Of a stretch of 14,145 nt of DNA, positions 5,971 to 14,145 are shown piece by piece. The DNA is from Candidatus Iainarchaeum sp. (GTDB lineage Archaea; Iainarchaeota; Iainarchaeia; Iainarchaeales; JAFCCJ01). Location: the NCBI GenBank assembly GCA_043816965.1, contig JBDRHK010000032.1:1-14145 (forward strand), in the 5' to 3' direction. A model generated the notes under the pieces. The model was not told the origin of the DNA and did not search any database. It worked only from the letters and a program-made list of their open reading frames with translations. The position numbers and the translations under genes are program-made. Position 1 is the stretch's first letter. The number at the start of each line of letters is the position of its first letter.

Positions 5971-7161
5971 ATGGAATCTCAGGAAAATAAATCTGAAAAT
6001 AAGGAGATTGGACAGGAAACTATGGGGGCAGCTCCTAAATCAGGAAGCATGGCAAAAAAATCTAAAACAGGAAAAAAGGCGGATTCGGGAATTTCCTTGT
6101 ATTTGGTTGTTCTTCTTGTGATATTGGCGCTCTTCGTGGGGTTTAGCTTAAATATTCTGCTTGCAGGGCCTGCTTCTAAACCTATTGGTGTTGAATGCCT
6201 GAATTTGAAACCATTGCTAAAAACCAAGCTTATTTACTCAGATGACTGCCTTTCCTGCGCAGACACCCACACTTTATTGCTGAGTTTTGGGGAGAAGGAT
6301 GTCAACTACTCCGTGGAAAGGATTGAGGCATCTAGTGCCGAGGGAATAAAACTAATTGGGCAATATCAGGTGAAAAATGTCCCTGTGCTGCTTATAGAGA
6401 AGAAAAATCTTAAGGAGTATTGGGGTTTGGAGGCAACCCTTGCCCAATTTTACGCATTGATTGGGGATTATTATGTGGCATATGAAAATAACTGGAATCC
6501 ACAGGAAGTTGTGCCAAGAATGGACTTAATCCAGGCAGACGGGAACTGCAATGCTGAAACTCCGAACATGCTTCTCTTCGACGATCCTTATGATTTCATC
6601 TCAATCATCCATGATTCTGAAATAAAGGCTTTCAATGAAAAGTTCGGGGATGAGATTGAGATAGAATTCAATTTCTTTCCGAAAAAAACCATGGAGCTGC
6701 GCACGAAGTATGGTAAAGATGCCGAGCTTGCAGTTGATAATTTAATCTGTGCGCAGGAACAGGGAAAGTACTTTGAATTTAAGGAGGCAGTGATGTCTGT
6801 TTTTTGTGACGAGAATAATGACGGGGAACTTACCAATGAGGAGATTGCAGTTTGCGGAAACCCTGCGATGTTCTTCTATCCCAATTATGATGAGCCACTT
6901 CACCAGTCAGATATTGATAAGGTGGCGGGAATGGTCGATGGTTTGGACCTTAATGCAATGGCAAATTGCCTGCAAACAGTTGATGATATAAAGTCAGGGA
7001 TGCTGGAAAAGGCCGAACTCTACAAAATCAGCAGTGTGCCTGCCGTGATTTACAACTGCCAGTACAGGCTCTATGCAAAACGCGACACTGCCGAACATGC
7101 GTCCCTGTCAAGATTGGATTCGGCGGTCTGTGGAATCAATCCCTCCCTGAGTGCGTGCTAA
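5971..7161 (+). CDS. Membrane-anchored thioredoxin/DsbA-fold protein, ~396 aa
   Basis: Charged N-tail and one TM; domain 1 has CLSC and VKNVP; domain 2 is DsbA-like (LICAQEQGKYFEF, ISSVPAV). ATG 5971 avoids overlap with tatD. Confidence 0.75.
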   Translation: MESQENKSENKEIGQETMGAAPKSGSMAKKSKTGKKADSGISLYLVVLLVILALFVGFSLNILLAGPASKPIGVECLNLKPLLKTKLIYSDDCLSCADTHTLLLSFGEKDVNYSVERIEASSAEGIKLIGQYQVKNVPVLLIEKKNLKEYWGLEATLAQFYALIGDYYVAYENNWNPQEVVPRMDLIQADGNCNAETPNMLLFDDPYDFISIIHDSEIKAFNEKFGDEIEIEFNFFPKKTMELRTKYGKDAELAVDNLICAQEQGKYFEFKEAVMSVFCDENNDGELTNEEIAVCGNPAMFFYPNYDEPLHQSDIDKVAGMVDGLDLNAMANCLQTVDDIKSGMLEKAELYKISSVPAVIYNCQYRLYAKRDTAEHASLSRLDSAVCGINPSLSAC

Positions 7162-7167
7162 TTGGCG

Positions 7168-7752
7168 ATGAAGAAATTTTTCTTTCTTAACCAGGAATTC
7201 TCTGTTTTTCCAACTGTTTATGAGCCTGCAGAGGATTCTTTTCTCCTGGCCGAATCTGTTGAAGTTGGGGAGAATTCAAGTGTACTTGATTTGGGCTGCG
7301 GAACAGGCATACAAGGCATCAACAGCCTGCTAAAGGGGGCGGGCAAAGTTGTTTTTTCTGATTTAAACCCCGGGGCAGTTGAGAATGCGAAGGAGAATGT
7401 TGGTAAGATTAGTTCGCTGGAAAAGGCTGAATTTAAGGAGAGTGATTTGTTTGCGGAAATTTCCGGAAAATTTGACACTATAATTTTCAATCCGCCATAT
7501 GTGCACAGCGAAAGAAAGGAACTGATGGATGTTGACGGGGGAAATCAGGGCAGGGAAATTCTGGACAGATTTTTGGGGCAATTTCCTGAATATTTGAACA
7601 GAAATGGAAGGTGCTTTTTTCTCCAGAGTGATTTAAATGGAATTGGGGAAACTGAAAGGAAATTGAAAAAGAGGGGACTGAATTTTGAAATTATCGCCAA
7701 AAAGAAGCTGTTTTTCGAGAAATTGCTGGTTTTCAGCTGCTGTAAGGGTTAA
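7168..7752 (+). CDS. HemK2/MTQ2-family (archaeal PrmC-like) protein methyltransferase
   Basis: VYEPAEDSFLL, VLDLGCGTG, SDLF, FDTIIFNPPY and GGNQGREILDRF. Confidence 0.92.
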   Translation: MKKFFFLNQEFSVFPTVYEPAEDSFLLAESVEVGENSSVLDLGCGTGIQGINSLLKGAGKVVFSDLNPGAVENAKENVGKISSLEKAEFKESDLFAEISGKFDTIIFNPPYVHSERKELMDVDGGNQGREILDRFLGQFPEYLNRNGRCFFLQSDLNGIGETERKLKKRGLNFEIIAKKKLFFEKLLVFSCCKG

Positions 7753-7784
7753 ATAGTTTTTGAGGGAATCTTTTTTGTGATAAC

Positions 7785-8852
7785 ATGCCTACAAATGTCT
7801 CAGTTGAATATGCCGCTGCCCAGGAAAAGTATGAGGCCGCAGAAACAATGAGTGAAAAGTTAGCGGCATTGCAGGAAATGAGATCCACTGCTCCGACACA
7901 CAAAGGTGCGGAGAAGATGAGGGCCGGGATTAGCAAGAAGATTGCGCTTCTGAAAATCCAGATGGAAAAGCAAAAGGAACAGGCAAAGAAAAGTGGGGGC
8001 GGCCAATCAATAAATGTGAAGAAGGAGGGCATGGGCCAGATTGTTATAGTTGGCATGCCGAATTCGGGGAAGAGTTTCCTGCTAAAAAGGCTAACCGGAG
8101 TTGATGTTGAGATTGCGGATTACCCATTTACCACCAAAAAACCAGAGATTGGGATGATCAACTATAACGGGGGGTGGATTCAGCTGATTGAGATTCCGGC
8201 ACTAATTGAAGGGAGCAGTGGGGGAAAGGCAAACGGAATCCAGCTTATTTCACTTGTAAGGAATGCGGATGCGGTTGTTTTTACAATTGCCAATAATGAT
8301 GAGGAAAAAATTCTCCTTAACGAGCTGAACAGGTCAAACATAAAGGTGAATAGGAGCAGGCCAAAAATTGAAATCAAGGTCACCGATTACAAGGGGATAA
8401 CAATTGCAGGAAAGAATAATTTAAAGGTCACGGAGGATGAGCTTAAGGATTTTCTCAAGGGGATGGGTTATCACAAGGCAAGCGTTTTATTGGGGGAAGA
8501 AACAACGATTGAAAAGGTTGCTGAGGTACTGGACAGCCGAATTGAATATAAGAAGGCGGTTTTTGTTAAAAGGGGCGATGATGAAAATGATGAGAAATTG
8601 AAAGAGAGGCTATTCAACATGCTTGGAAAGATTCTCGTTTATACAAAAAAGCCGGGAGGTAAGGCCGATATGGATGACCCGCTGGTTTTAAAGGAGGGGG
8701 CAACTGTTGAGGATGTTGCGGGAAATCTCCACAAGGATTTCGCAAGGAACCTGAAATATGTGAAGGTATGGGGCTCGGCCAAATACCCTGGCCAGAGGGT
8801 TTCAAGGGATTACGAATTGAAGAATGGGGACATTATAGAGATTTACAGCTGA
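7785..8852 (+). CDS. DRG/OBG-family GTP-binding protein with C-terminal TGS domain, 355 aa
   Basis: PTHKGAEK, G1 GMPNSGKS, G2 YPFTT; TGS domain VYTKKPG..ATVEDVA..LHKDF..VWGSAKYPGQRV..L..GDIIEI. Confidence 0.93.
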   Translation: MPTNVSVEYAAAQEKYEAAETMSEKLAALQEMRSTAPTHKGAEKMRAGISKKIALLKIQMEKQKEQAKKSGGGQSINVKKEGMGQIVIVGMPNSGKSFLLKRLTGVDVEIADYPFTTKKPEIGMINYNGGWIQLIEIPALIEGSSGGKANGIQLISLVRNADAVVFTIANNDEEKILLNELNRSNIKVNRSRPKIEIKVTDYKGITIAGKNNLKVTEDELKDFLKGMGYHKASVLLGEETTIEKVAEVLDSRIEYKKAVFVKRGDDENDEKLKERLFNMLGKILVYTKKPGGKADMDDPLVLKEGATVEDVAGNLHKDFARNLKYVKVWGSAKYPGQRVSRDYELKNGDIIEIYS

Positions 8853-10175
8853 TTATGGCTTATCCCATTTGGAAATTTCCACTTCCTCTTCATTTCCAGG
8901 TTTCAGTGCCCCGGAAATCTTTTCCCTGTTCTGGAAAGCAAAAATCAGTAAAAGAAGGGCGCCCAATACTACGGCAATCAGGATTAAAAGATCTGTTGAA
9001 ATTATGGGGTCATTGCCTGAATCGGAAAAGCCATCCCCGTAAACGGCTATCGCATAGGTTATTGATTTTTCGGCAGAGGATGCCGCAAGCTCATATTTCC
9101 CGTTTTCAAAGTAACGTTCTGTGCTTCTCCATTCCTCCTCGAATTTCTGGAGCTTTTCCCTGTTCTTCCAGTAGGATTTGTTTTCCTTGGCGAGGATTGT
9201 CTCGGCCGCCTTCCTCAGGGTGGGGAGTTCTGAATCGGTCTTATCAATAAGCCGAGGATTGTCAAGGTTGATTGCATTGTATGCCGCATCCCTTTGCAGC
9301 CTTAGCTCAAAATCGTCAAGCTGGGAATCGTTCCTTGCGTTCACATTGGAGTAGATAGTGTCTATCGAGCCCTTAAGGTTCATCGCATCCTGGGAGTAGC
9401 CGGTTATGCCCACTATTTCTTCAGGAGGTTTCGCCAGATTATCAATATAGCTCTTCTCATCCGCCGCCAGGGAAAGGCCGGGGATTTTCTGCCTGAGCTG
9501 CTCAACTTTTGACTCATATTCCTCCTTGTCGGTTTTAAGCCCGATCATAAGGCCTAGTGGGGCGGTGAATTTACTTTTAAGGGAATTGTATTCCTTCGTG
9601 TCAGGGGAGGTTATAAAATTGCCCTCAAATAAAAGGGATTCATTGATTCCTGCGGAAATGTCATCACATTTCCGTATCATTGCGGAGAGCATTGAATTCA
9701 GCTCAAGTATATCTGACCTTATGCCTGAATCATTCACCGAGGAGGATATTATGTTCAATTGGAACTGCTCATCGGAAAGCTTGCGGGAGATTGTTTCAAA
9801 GGAACTTGCCCTGTCGGAAATAATCGGCCAGTCAACCTGCGGGTTTGCACTGACCCCTTTCTTTACAAGCAAGTATTCCCTCAATAGGTCGGCGCTCCGG
9901 AACAATTTGGAATTGGTAGCCCTGGTTTCCTCCAATTCTCCACTTGAGGAATCCAGTGCGAAAAATGTGGACGGGGCGTTCCCGGAAATTACAGGCACAA
10001 CCCAATAGCCGTCCTCGCCGTTTATTATCTTTACAATAGGTTCCTCCACTGTTTCACCTGTGTACAAATAATAGTGCTGCTCCCCAACAAAGCGCGCGGC
10101 CTCGTTGGATGACATTGCACTTGCACCGGCAAGCATAAGTGACAGGGCTAAAACCAGCAATATTCCTTTCTTCAT
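8853..10175 (-). CDS. Secreted/membrane-anchored helical hypothetical protein, 440 aa
   Basis: Signal peptide MKKGILLVLALSLMLAGASA, long helical ectodomain and C-terminal TM LLILIAVVLGALLLLIFAF. Confidence 0.85.
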   Translation of the reverse strand: MKKGILLVLALSLMLAGASAMSSNEAARFVGEQHYYLYTGETVEEPIVKIINGEDGYWVVPVISGNAPSTFFALDSSSGELEETRATNSKLFRSADLLREYLLVKKGVSANPQVDWPIISDRASSFETISRKLSDEQFQLNIISSSVNDSGIRSDILELNSMLSAMIRKCDDISAGINESLLFEGNFITSPDTKEYNSLKSKFTAPLGLMIGLKTDKEEYESKVEQLRQKIPGLSLAADEKSYIDNLAKPPEEIVGITGYSQDAMNLKGSIDTIYSNVNARNDSQLDDFELRLQRDAAYNAINLDNPRLIDKTDSELPTLRKAAETILAKENKSYWKNREKLQKFEEEWRSTERYFENGKYELAASSAEKSITYAIAVYGDGFSDSGNDPIISTDLLILIAVVLGALLLLIFAFQNREKISGALKPGNEEEVEISKWDKP

Positions 10176-10268
10176 TGCAATTACCTAATTAATAAACGAT
10201 TTACCTATTTAAAGCTTTATTTATGCGTAATTCCCAAACTTTTAAATATTCCCCACCTATATTCTATT
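10176..10268. promoter_or_regulatory. AT-rich divergent promoter region
   Basis: TTTAAATA on the minus strand (10206-10213) and TTTTAAAT on the plus strand (~10240-10247), each ~20-30 nt from its start codon. Confidence 0.5.
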
Positions 10269-10820
10269 ATGGACAAAATGCTAATGGTTAAAATCGGGGA
10301 AATTAAGGATGCATTCTCCAAAAATAGGCCCTTTGAGCTGAAACGCCTTTCAAATGAGCTTATCCAGGGCGCAGTTGTTGATTATGATGAGACAATGGCT
10401 GAACTGGCGATTGTCGCATATTCCCTTAACAAGCTCAATTCCAAGGAGCACATAGTGAACAGCAAAAAGTGGGCCGACGCGAAAAAGACGATCATTGAAT
10501 CAATGGATGAGATGGCAAACGCTGTTGAGGCAGATGATGAGGGGAAATTTTCCGAAATTCTTAAGGATCTTTCGCAAAATGTTACTGAAATTGACGGGGA
10601 ATTGGGGAATTATGTCCAGAATGTTTACGACAAGGCAAGGGTGAAGATGGCATCAAATGCATACGCCATGGGTTTGAGCCTGGGCCAGGCTGCTGAATTA
10701 ACAAAAGCCGACAAGAAAAATTTGCAGAGTTACATCGGCAATACATTAATACATGACAGGATTGCAGAGAAGACAAGCATAGGAACGAGGGTTGAGAAAC
10801 TGAAGAAGCTTTTCGGATGA
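10269..10820 (+). CDS. Hypothetical helical protein with C-terminal UPF0175-like HTH, 183 aa
   Basis: GLSLGQAAELT resembles KISIGKAAEKA of the UPF0175 protein at 3494; lies 4 nt upstream of a PIN gene. Confidence 0.75.
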   Translation: MDKMLMVKIGEIKDAFSKNRPFELKRLSNELIQGAVVDYDETMAELAIVAYSLNKLNSKEHIVNSKKWADAKKTIIESMDEMANAVEADDEGKFSEILKDLSQNVTEIDGELGNYVQNVYDKARVKMASNAYAMGLSLGQAAELTKADKKNLQSYIGNTLIHDRIAEKTSIGTRVEKLKKLFG

Positions 10821-10824
10821 TTGC

Positions 10825-11502
10825 ATGAACAGGATGGTTTTTGATTCAAGCAGCATAATTTCCATTTCGGACAAGTGCTTTATAAACCTGCTGAAGAAAA
10901 TGGGCTCAATGGAAAATGTTGAGTTTATAATTCCGCAGGAGGTTTACAATGAAACTGTCTCTGTCCCGATGGGGATAAAGAGGTTTGAGCTGAATGCGAT
11001 TAGGATAAATGATGCCATTGACCAGGGCTATTTCACAATCGCAAAGCCAAGCTCTGAAATAAATAAAACAGTTGAAAAAATATCTGCGCTTGTGAACTGC
11101 ATTGCCTTTTCAGGAAAGAAGTGCCTTAAGCTTGTTCACCACGGGGAACTTGAAACCCTAGCTCTTTGCAAGGAGATTGGGGCAAGCGCTTTGGTGATTG
11201 ATGAAAGGACAACAAGATTGCTTGTGGAGGACCCGGAAGGCTTGAAGGGGTTTCTACAGCAACGCTACCAGAAAGAGATTGAAATTGTTGGTGAGAAGAT
11301 TTCTGAACTCAAGAAATTTTTAGGGGAACTAGAAATAATACGCTCGGTTGAACTTATTGCACTGGCTTATGATATGGGCCTGTTTGAGGGGGAACTTTCT
11401 ACAAATAAAAAATCCCTGGAGGCCGCCCTTTATTCCATGAAGTTTGCTGGCTGCGCTGTTTCATTTGAGGAGATAAAGCAATTTCTGGGAGAAAGGAAAT
11501 GA
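10825..11502 (+). CDS. Extended PIN-domain protein (DUF3368-like), 225 aa
   Basis: MVFDSSSIISI, IIPQEVYNE, VHHGELETLAL and LVIDERTTR carry the PIN acidic residues. Confidence 0.8.
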   Translation: MNRMVFDSSSIISISDKCFINLLKKMGSMENVEFIIPQEVYNETVSVPMGIKRFELNAIRINDAIDQGYFTIAKPSSEINKTVEKISALVNCIAFSGKKCLKLVHHGELETLALCKEIGASALVIDERTTRLLVEDPEGLKGFLQQRYQKEIEIVGEKISELKKFLGELEIIRSVELIALAYDMGLFEGELSTNKKSLEAALYSMKFAGCAVSFEEIKQFLGERK

Positions 11503-11951
11503 ATATAGTGGGTGCGGAAGAGAAAGACCTTCCACGCATATGTGAACTTATCAGAAAGGAATTTCCCTACACCAAACTATCTTTTGGGGATTTAAGGGCA
11601 AGGTTCAATTCCAAAGAATTCTTTTTTTTAAAGGCCATCAAGGGGAAGGATATGGCCGGGTTTATCGAATTCAGGAAAAGGGGGAAAGAGGGGAAGATTT
11701 TTGGATTAGTGGTATTGGAAAATTTCCGGGGAGAGGGAATTGGGGAGAAACTTGTTAATGCCGCCGTTGATAAAATCAGGAAAATGGGGGCTGATGAAAT
11801 AACTTTGATTGTTGCCCAGGATAATGAAAACGCAAAAAAGATTTACAGGAACTTTGGCTTCAGGCCCTTTGGTTTTCTGGAGAGGGAAATTGCCGGCAAG
11901 AAAATAGAGGCCATGATTCTTGATGCCACAAGTGCCAAAACCGCCTCATGA
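11499..11951 (+). CDS. GNAT-family N-acetyltransferase (RimI/Ard1-like), 150 aa
   Basis: Motif A VLENFRGEGIGEKL and motif B LIVAQDNENAKKIYRNFGF; ATGA overlap with the PIN gene. Confidence 0.9.
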   Translation: MNIVGAEEKDLPRICELIRKEFPYTKLSFGDLRARFNSKEFFFLKAIKGKDMAGFIEFRKRGKEGKIFGLVVLENFRGEGIGEKLVNAAVDKIRKMGADEITLIVAQDNENAKKIYRNFGFRPFGFLEREIAGKKIEAMILDATSAKTAS

Positions 11952-11956
11952 ATAGG

Positions 11957-14145
11957 TCATTTGTAAAGCATCTCAACTACTTTTTCCGCAACCTGGGGGG
12001 AATACCCCTGCGCAAGGATTGCATTAGTCATCTCCTCCCTGCTGTAATTGGAAACACTCTTCTCAAGCACAAAAACAAGCCTCTTTATTTCCTCCCTCTC
12101 GGATTCCGACATCTTGCTTGTCAGGTCCTTCTCAACAGCCTGCTCATTTTTCCTCATAATTTTATCCATCCGCTCCCCAAAACCGCCAAGCACAGATGTT
12201 TTCTTCTCCTCATTTGCGCGGGTTTCAATTTTCTTCATTACTTCCTTCTTTTCAACCTCCTTTTCTGCATGCGGCCTTTTGGTAACATCCTCCTTAACCC
12301 CCAGCAAGGAATCAACAGTGGCAAGCTGCTGCTGGGCATTGAGCAGCCTCTCTTTGTATTCCTTATCACTTATATGGCGCTTGTAATATTCGAATTTAAG
12401 CTTCTTTGCCAGGCCTTTCAGGTTTCTTCTTTCAAGCTCCAGGTGCCTCCTTATGCGTGCCCTTTCCCTCAACAGTGAGCTTGTGAAATAAATCGCCAGA
12501 AGCAAAACAGCAACCGCAACAATAACCAGGACAATTGAAAGCCAGTCAATGGGCTTAACAAGTACTGAAACAACCGTTCTTGGTTCTGACTCAATATTAA
12601 CTTCCTCAAGAAGGATTTCGAAGGTGTTTTCGCCCTCCCTCAACTCATAATCTAAAGATGCCTCATAATGGTCTTTCTTATCCCATAATTGAATCTTAGT
12701 TTTCACACCTGTATTCAAATCATGATATTTCGCGAGAATCGGTGCTTCCTTAAAATAGTGCGAACCATCAGGATATGTAATATTAAGGACAATTTTATTC
12801 GGGTTTTCAGGGTCAAAAGCTGTTGCCCCCCTCAAATTGGAATCCAGGGGATAGAGATACTCAATATTGACCTTATTTGAAAGTTTAATCTTTATTTTCT
12901 TATATTCAATAATCTCCTGCCCCTCAACTGTGGCATCCACCCGCAAATCATATTCCTGGAAATCAGTAGCTTCATTTTTACTTGGCATTTCAAGATTTGA
13001 AATTTCATATGCGTCTTCATCTTTGTTGTAGTTAAAATAATTTTCCAAAGTATCGCCTGTCCCGCTAATATATGGCCTGCCAACATACTCATTGGGAATT
13101 GGTTTCCCATCCAGGAGGATTTCCACCTTAAAATAAACAAGCTGGCCATAGCCATAGGTCTTATCAAGCTCCGGGGAGAGGACATTTATTTGCAAATCAT
13201 ATTCCTTCTGGCCAGGAGGGACATATTTTTCTGTAACAGCAGTATTAATTGTTTCAGATATCTGCGCTCCCTTGGAATCAGACACTTTCACAGTTGTTGT
13301 GTATGTGCCTGGCAAACTAAAAACTGGCCTTGCATTTGGTTCATTCCCCTCAAGGTCAATCACCCCATCACTCTCAAAGTCCCATTCATATAGATATGGG
13401 AGAACGCCACCGCTTGCTTCGGCAATAAATGTCCTCCCATAGGAAGCCTCGCCGGTTTCTGCATCATAGGAATACAGGTTCAATTCCAGAGGAAATATTT
13501 CATCCACAGGAGCCACAGTAATCGATACAGACGAGGAATTGGAAATGCCCCCAGCCTCCGCAGTTAATTTGGCAGAGAATATTTTTTTTGAACTGCCATA
13601 ATAGGTATGCTCAGTGCTACCAATAACTATTTTTGACCATTCACCCGGGGAAAATTCATTACCATCACCTAATTCAAGATTGCAGTAAGAAATTGGATCT
13701 ACTGTGGAAAAACAGTTCAAATCAAAGGAAACAGATAACGGGGAAAATCCCTTTTGCGGATCTGCTGCAATAGTCGCCAGAACTTGGGGCACTACTTCCG
13801 GCGGCGGTTCTACATTCGAAGAAATTGTGAAGCCCCAGGAACTTTTGTCGTCAAGGCCATATAAGTCGGCAACGTAAAGATTCACCGCATAGTTGTCCTC
13901 TGGCCATTGCGTGTCAGGAGTATATTCGACCCGACCATTATCCGGATTATAGTTCAGATCTAGATATTCCAGCTCTAACTGGGTAAAATCAAGCGATTGG
14001 CCATCAATTGTCAGGATAATGCTGGATATATCAATGTCAGAATCAGCATCATGAACAGTTGCGGCAATTGTGGGGGTTGTGTCATTAATGATGCTGCCAG
14101 GGGCGGGCTCTTCATTGCTGATTACTGGCTTGGTTTCATCATGCT
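11957..14145 (-). CDS. Large cell-surface protein with Ig-like/PKD domains, TM anchor and cytoplasmic tail (5'-partial)
   Basis: The frame stays open from 13885 to the window edge (HDETKPVISNEEPAPGSIINDTTPTIAATVHDADSDIDISSIILTIDG...). PKD-like motifs GFSPLSVSF..LGDG..HTY and YEWDFESDG..PGTYTTTVKVSDSKG; TM WLSIVLVIVAVAVLLLAIYF. Confidence 0.88.
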   Translation of the reverse strand, partial: HDETKPVISNEEPAPGSIINDTTPTIAATVHDADSDIDISSIILTIDGQSLDFTQLELEYLDLNYNPDNGRVEYTPDTQWPEDNYAVNLYVADLYGLDDKSSWGFTISSNVEPPPEVVPQVLATIAADPQKGFSPLSVSFDLNCFSTVDPISYCNLELGDGNEFSPGEWSKIVIGSTEHTYYGSSKKIFSAKLTAEAGGISNSSSVSITVAPVDEIFPLELNLYSYDAETGEASYGRTFIAEASGGVLPYLYEWDFESDGVIDLEGNEPNARPVFSLPGTYTTTVKVSDSKGAQISETINTAVTEKYVPPGQKEYDLQINVLSPELDKTYGYGQLVYFKVEILLDGKPIPNEYVGRPYISGTGDTLENYFNYNKDEDAYEISNLEMPSKNEATDFQEYDLRVDATVEGQEIIEYKKIKIKLSNKVNIEYLYPLDSNLRGATAFDPENPNKIVLNITYPDGSHYFKEAPILAKYHDLNTGVKTKIQLWDKKDHYEASLDYELREGENTFEILLEEVNIESEPRTVVSVLVKPIDWLSIVLVIVAVAVLLLAIYFTSSLLRERARIRRHLELERRNLKGLAKKLKFEYYKRHISDKEYKERLLNAQQQLATVDSLLGVKEDVTKRPHAEKEVEKKEVMKKIETRANEEKKTSVLGGFGERMDKIMRKNEQAVEKDLTSKMSESEREEIKRLVFVLEKSVSNYSREEMTNAILAQGYSPQVAEKVVEMLYK

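Noticed and set aside
8768..10008. Plus-strand ORFs 8768-9250 and 9526-10008
   Set aside because: Antisense to the 440-aa secreted protein, with shadow-like composition.
11948..13393. ORFs 11948-12478, 12048-12386, 12689-12880, 12892-13185 and 13190-13393
   Set aside because: Antisense or off-frame within the continuous PKD protein gene.
13883..13885. GTG start for the PKD protein given by the ORF track
   Set aside because: The frame stays open with Ig-like sequence to the window edge, so the true start is outside the window.

Overview
Compact archaeal genomic DNA. An archaeal origin is inferred from BRE/TATA-type promoters, a box C/D guide RNA, HemK2, a DRG-type GTPase and UPF0175/PIN pairs; the style of the hypothetical and surface proteins suggests a DPANN lineage, but this cannot be confirmed here. 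The left ~1.6 kb is an insertion hotspot: the left end of an IS200/IS605 element (1-134) truncates an EamA/DMT transporter gene at a TTAG site, and a complete 939-bp IS481-family element (637-1575) has 23-bp inverted repeats and a 14-bp target duplication. Next come a hypothetical gene, two small paralogous membrane proteins, and an unannotated box C/D sRNA (2848-2913). These are followed by a toxin-first PIN/UPF0175 operon with an unannotated 45-aa ORF and a short hybrid RNase HII/HIII. The rest holds TatD, an exported two-thioredoxin-fold protein with an EF-hand loop, HemK2, a DRG/TGS GTPase with degenerate G3/G4 motifs, a secreted helical protein, a second UPF0175-like/PIN/GNAT operon, and the 3' part of a large PKD/Ig surface protein. 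No CRISPR array, tRNA or rRNA was seen.
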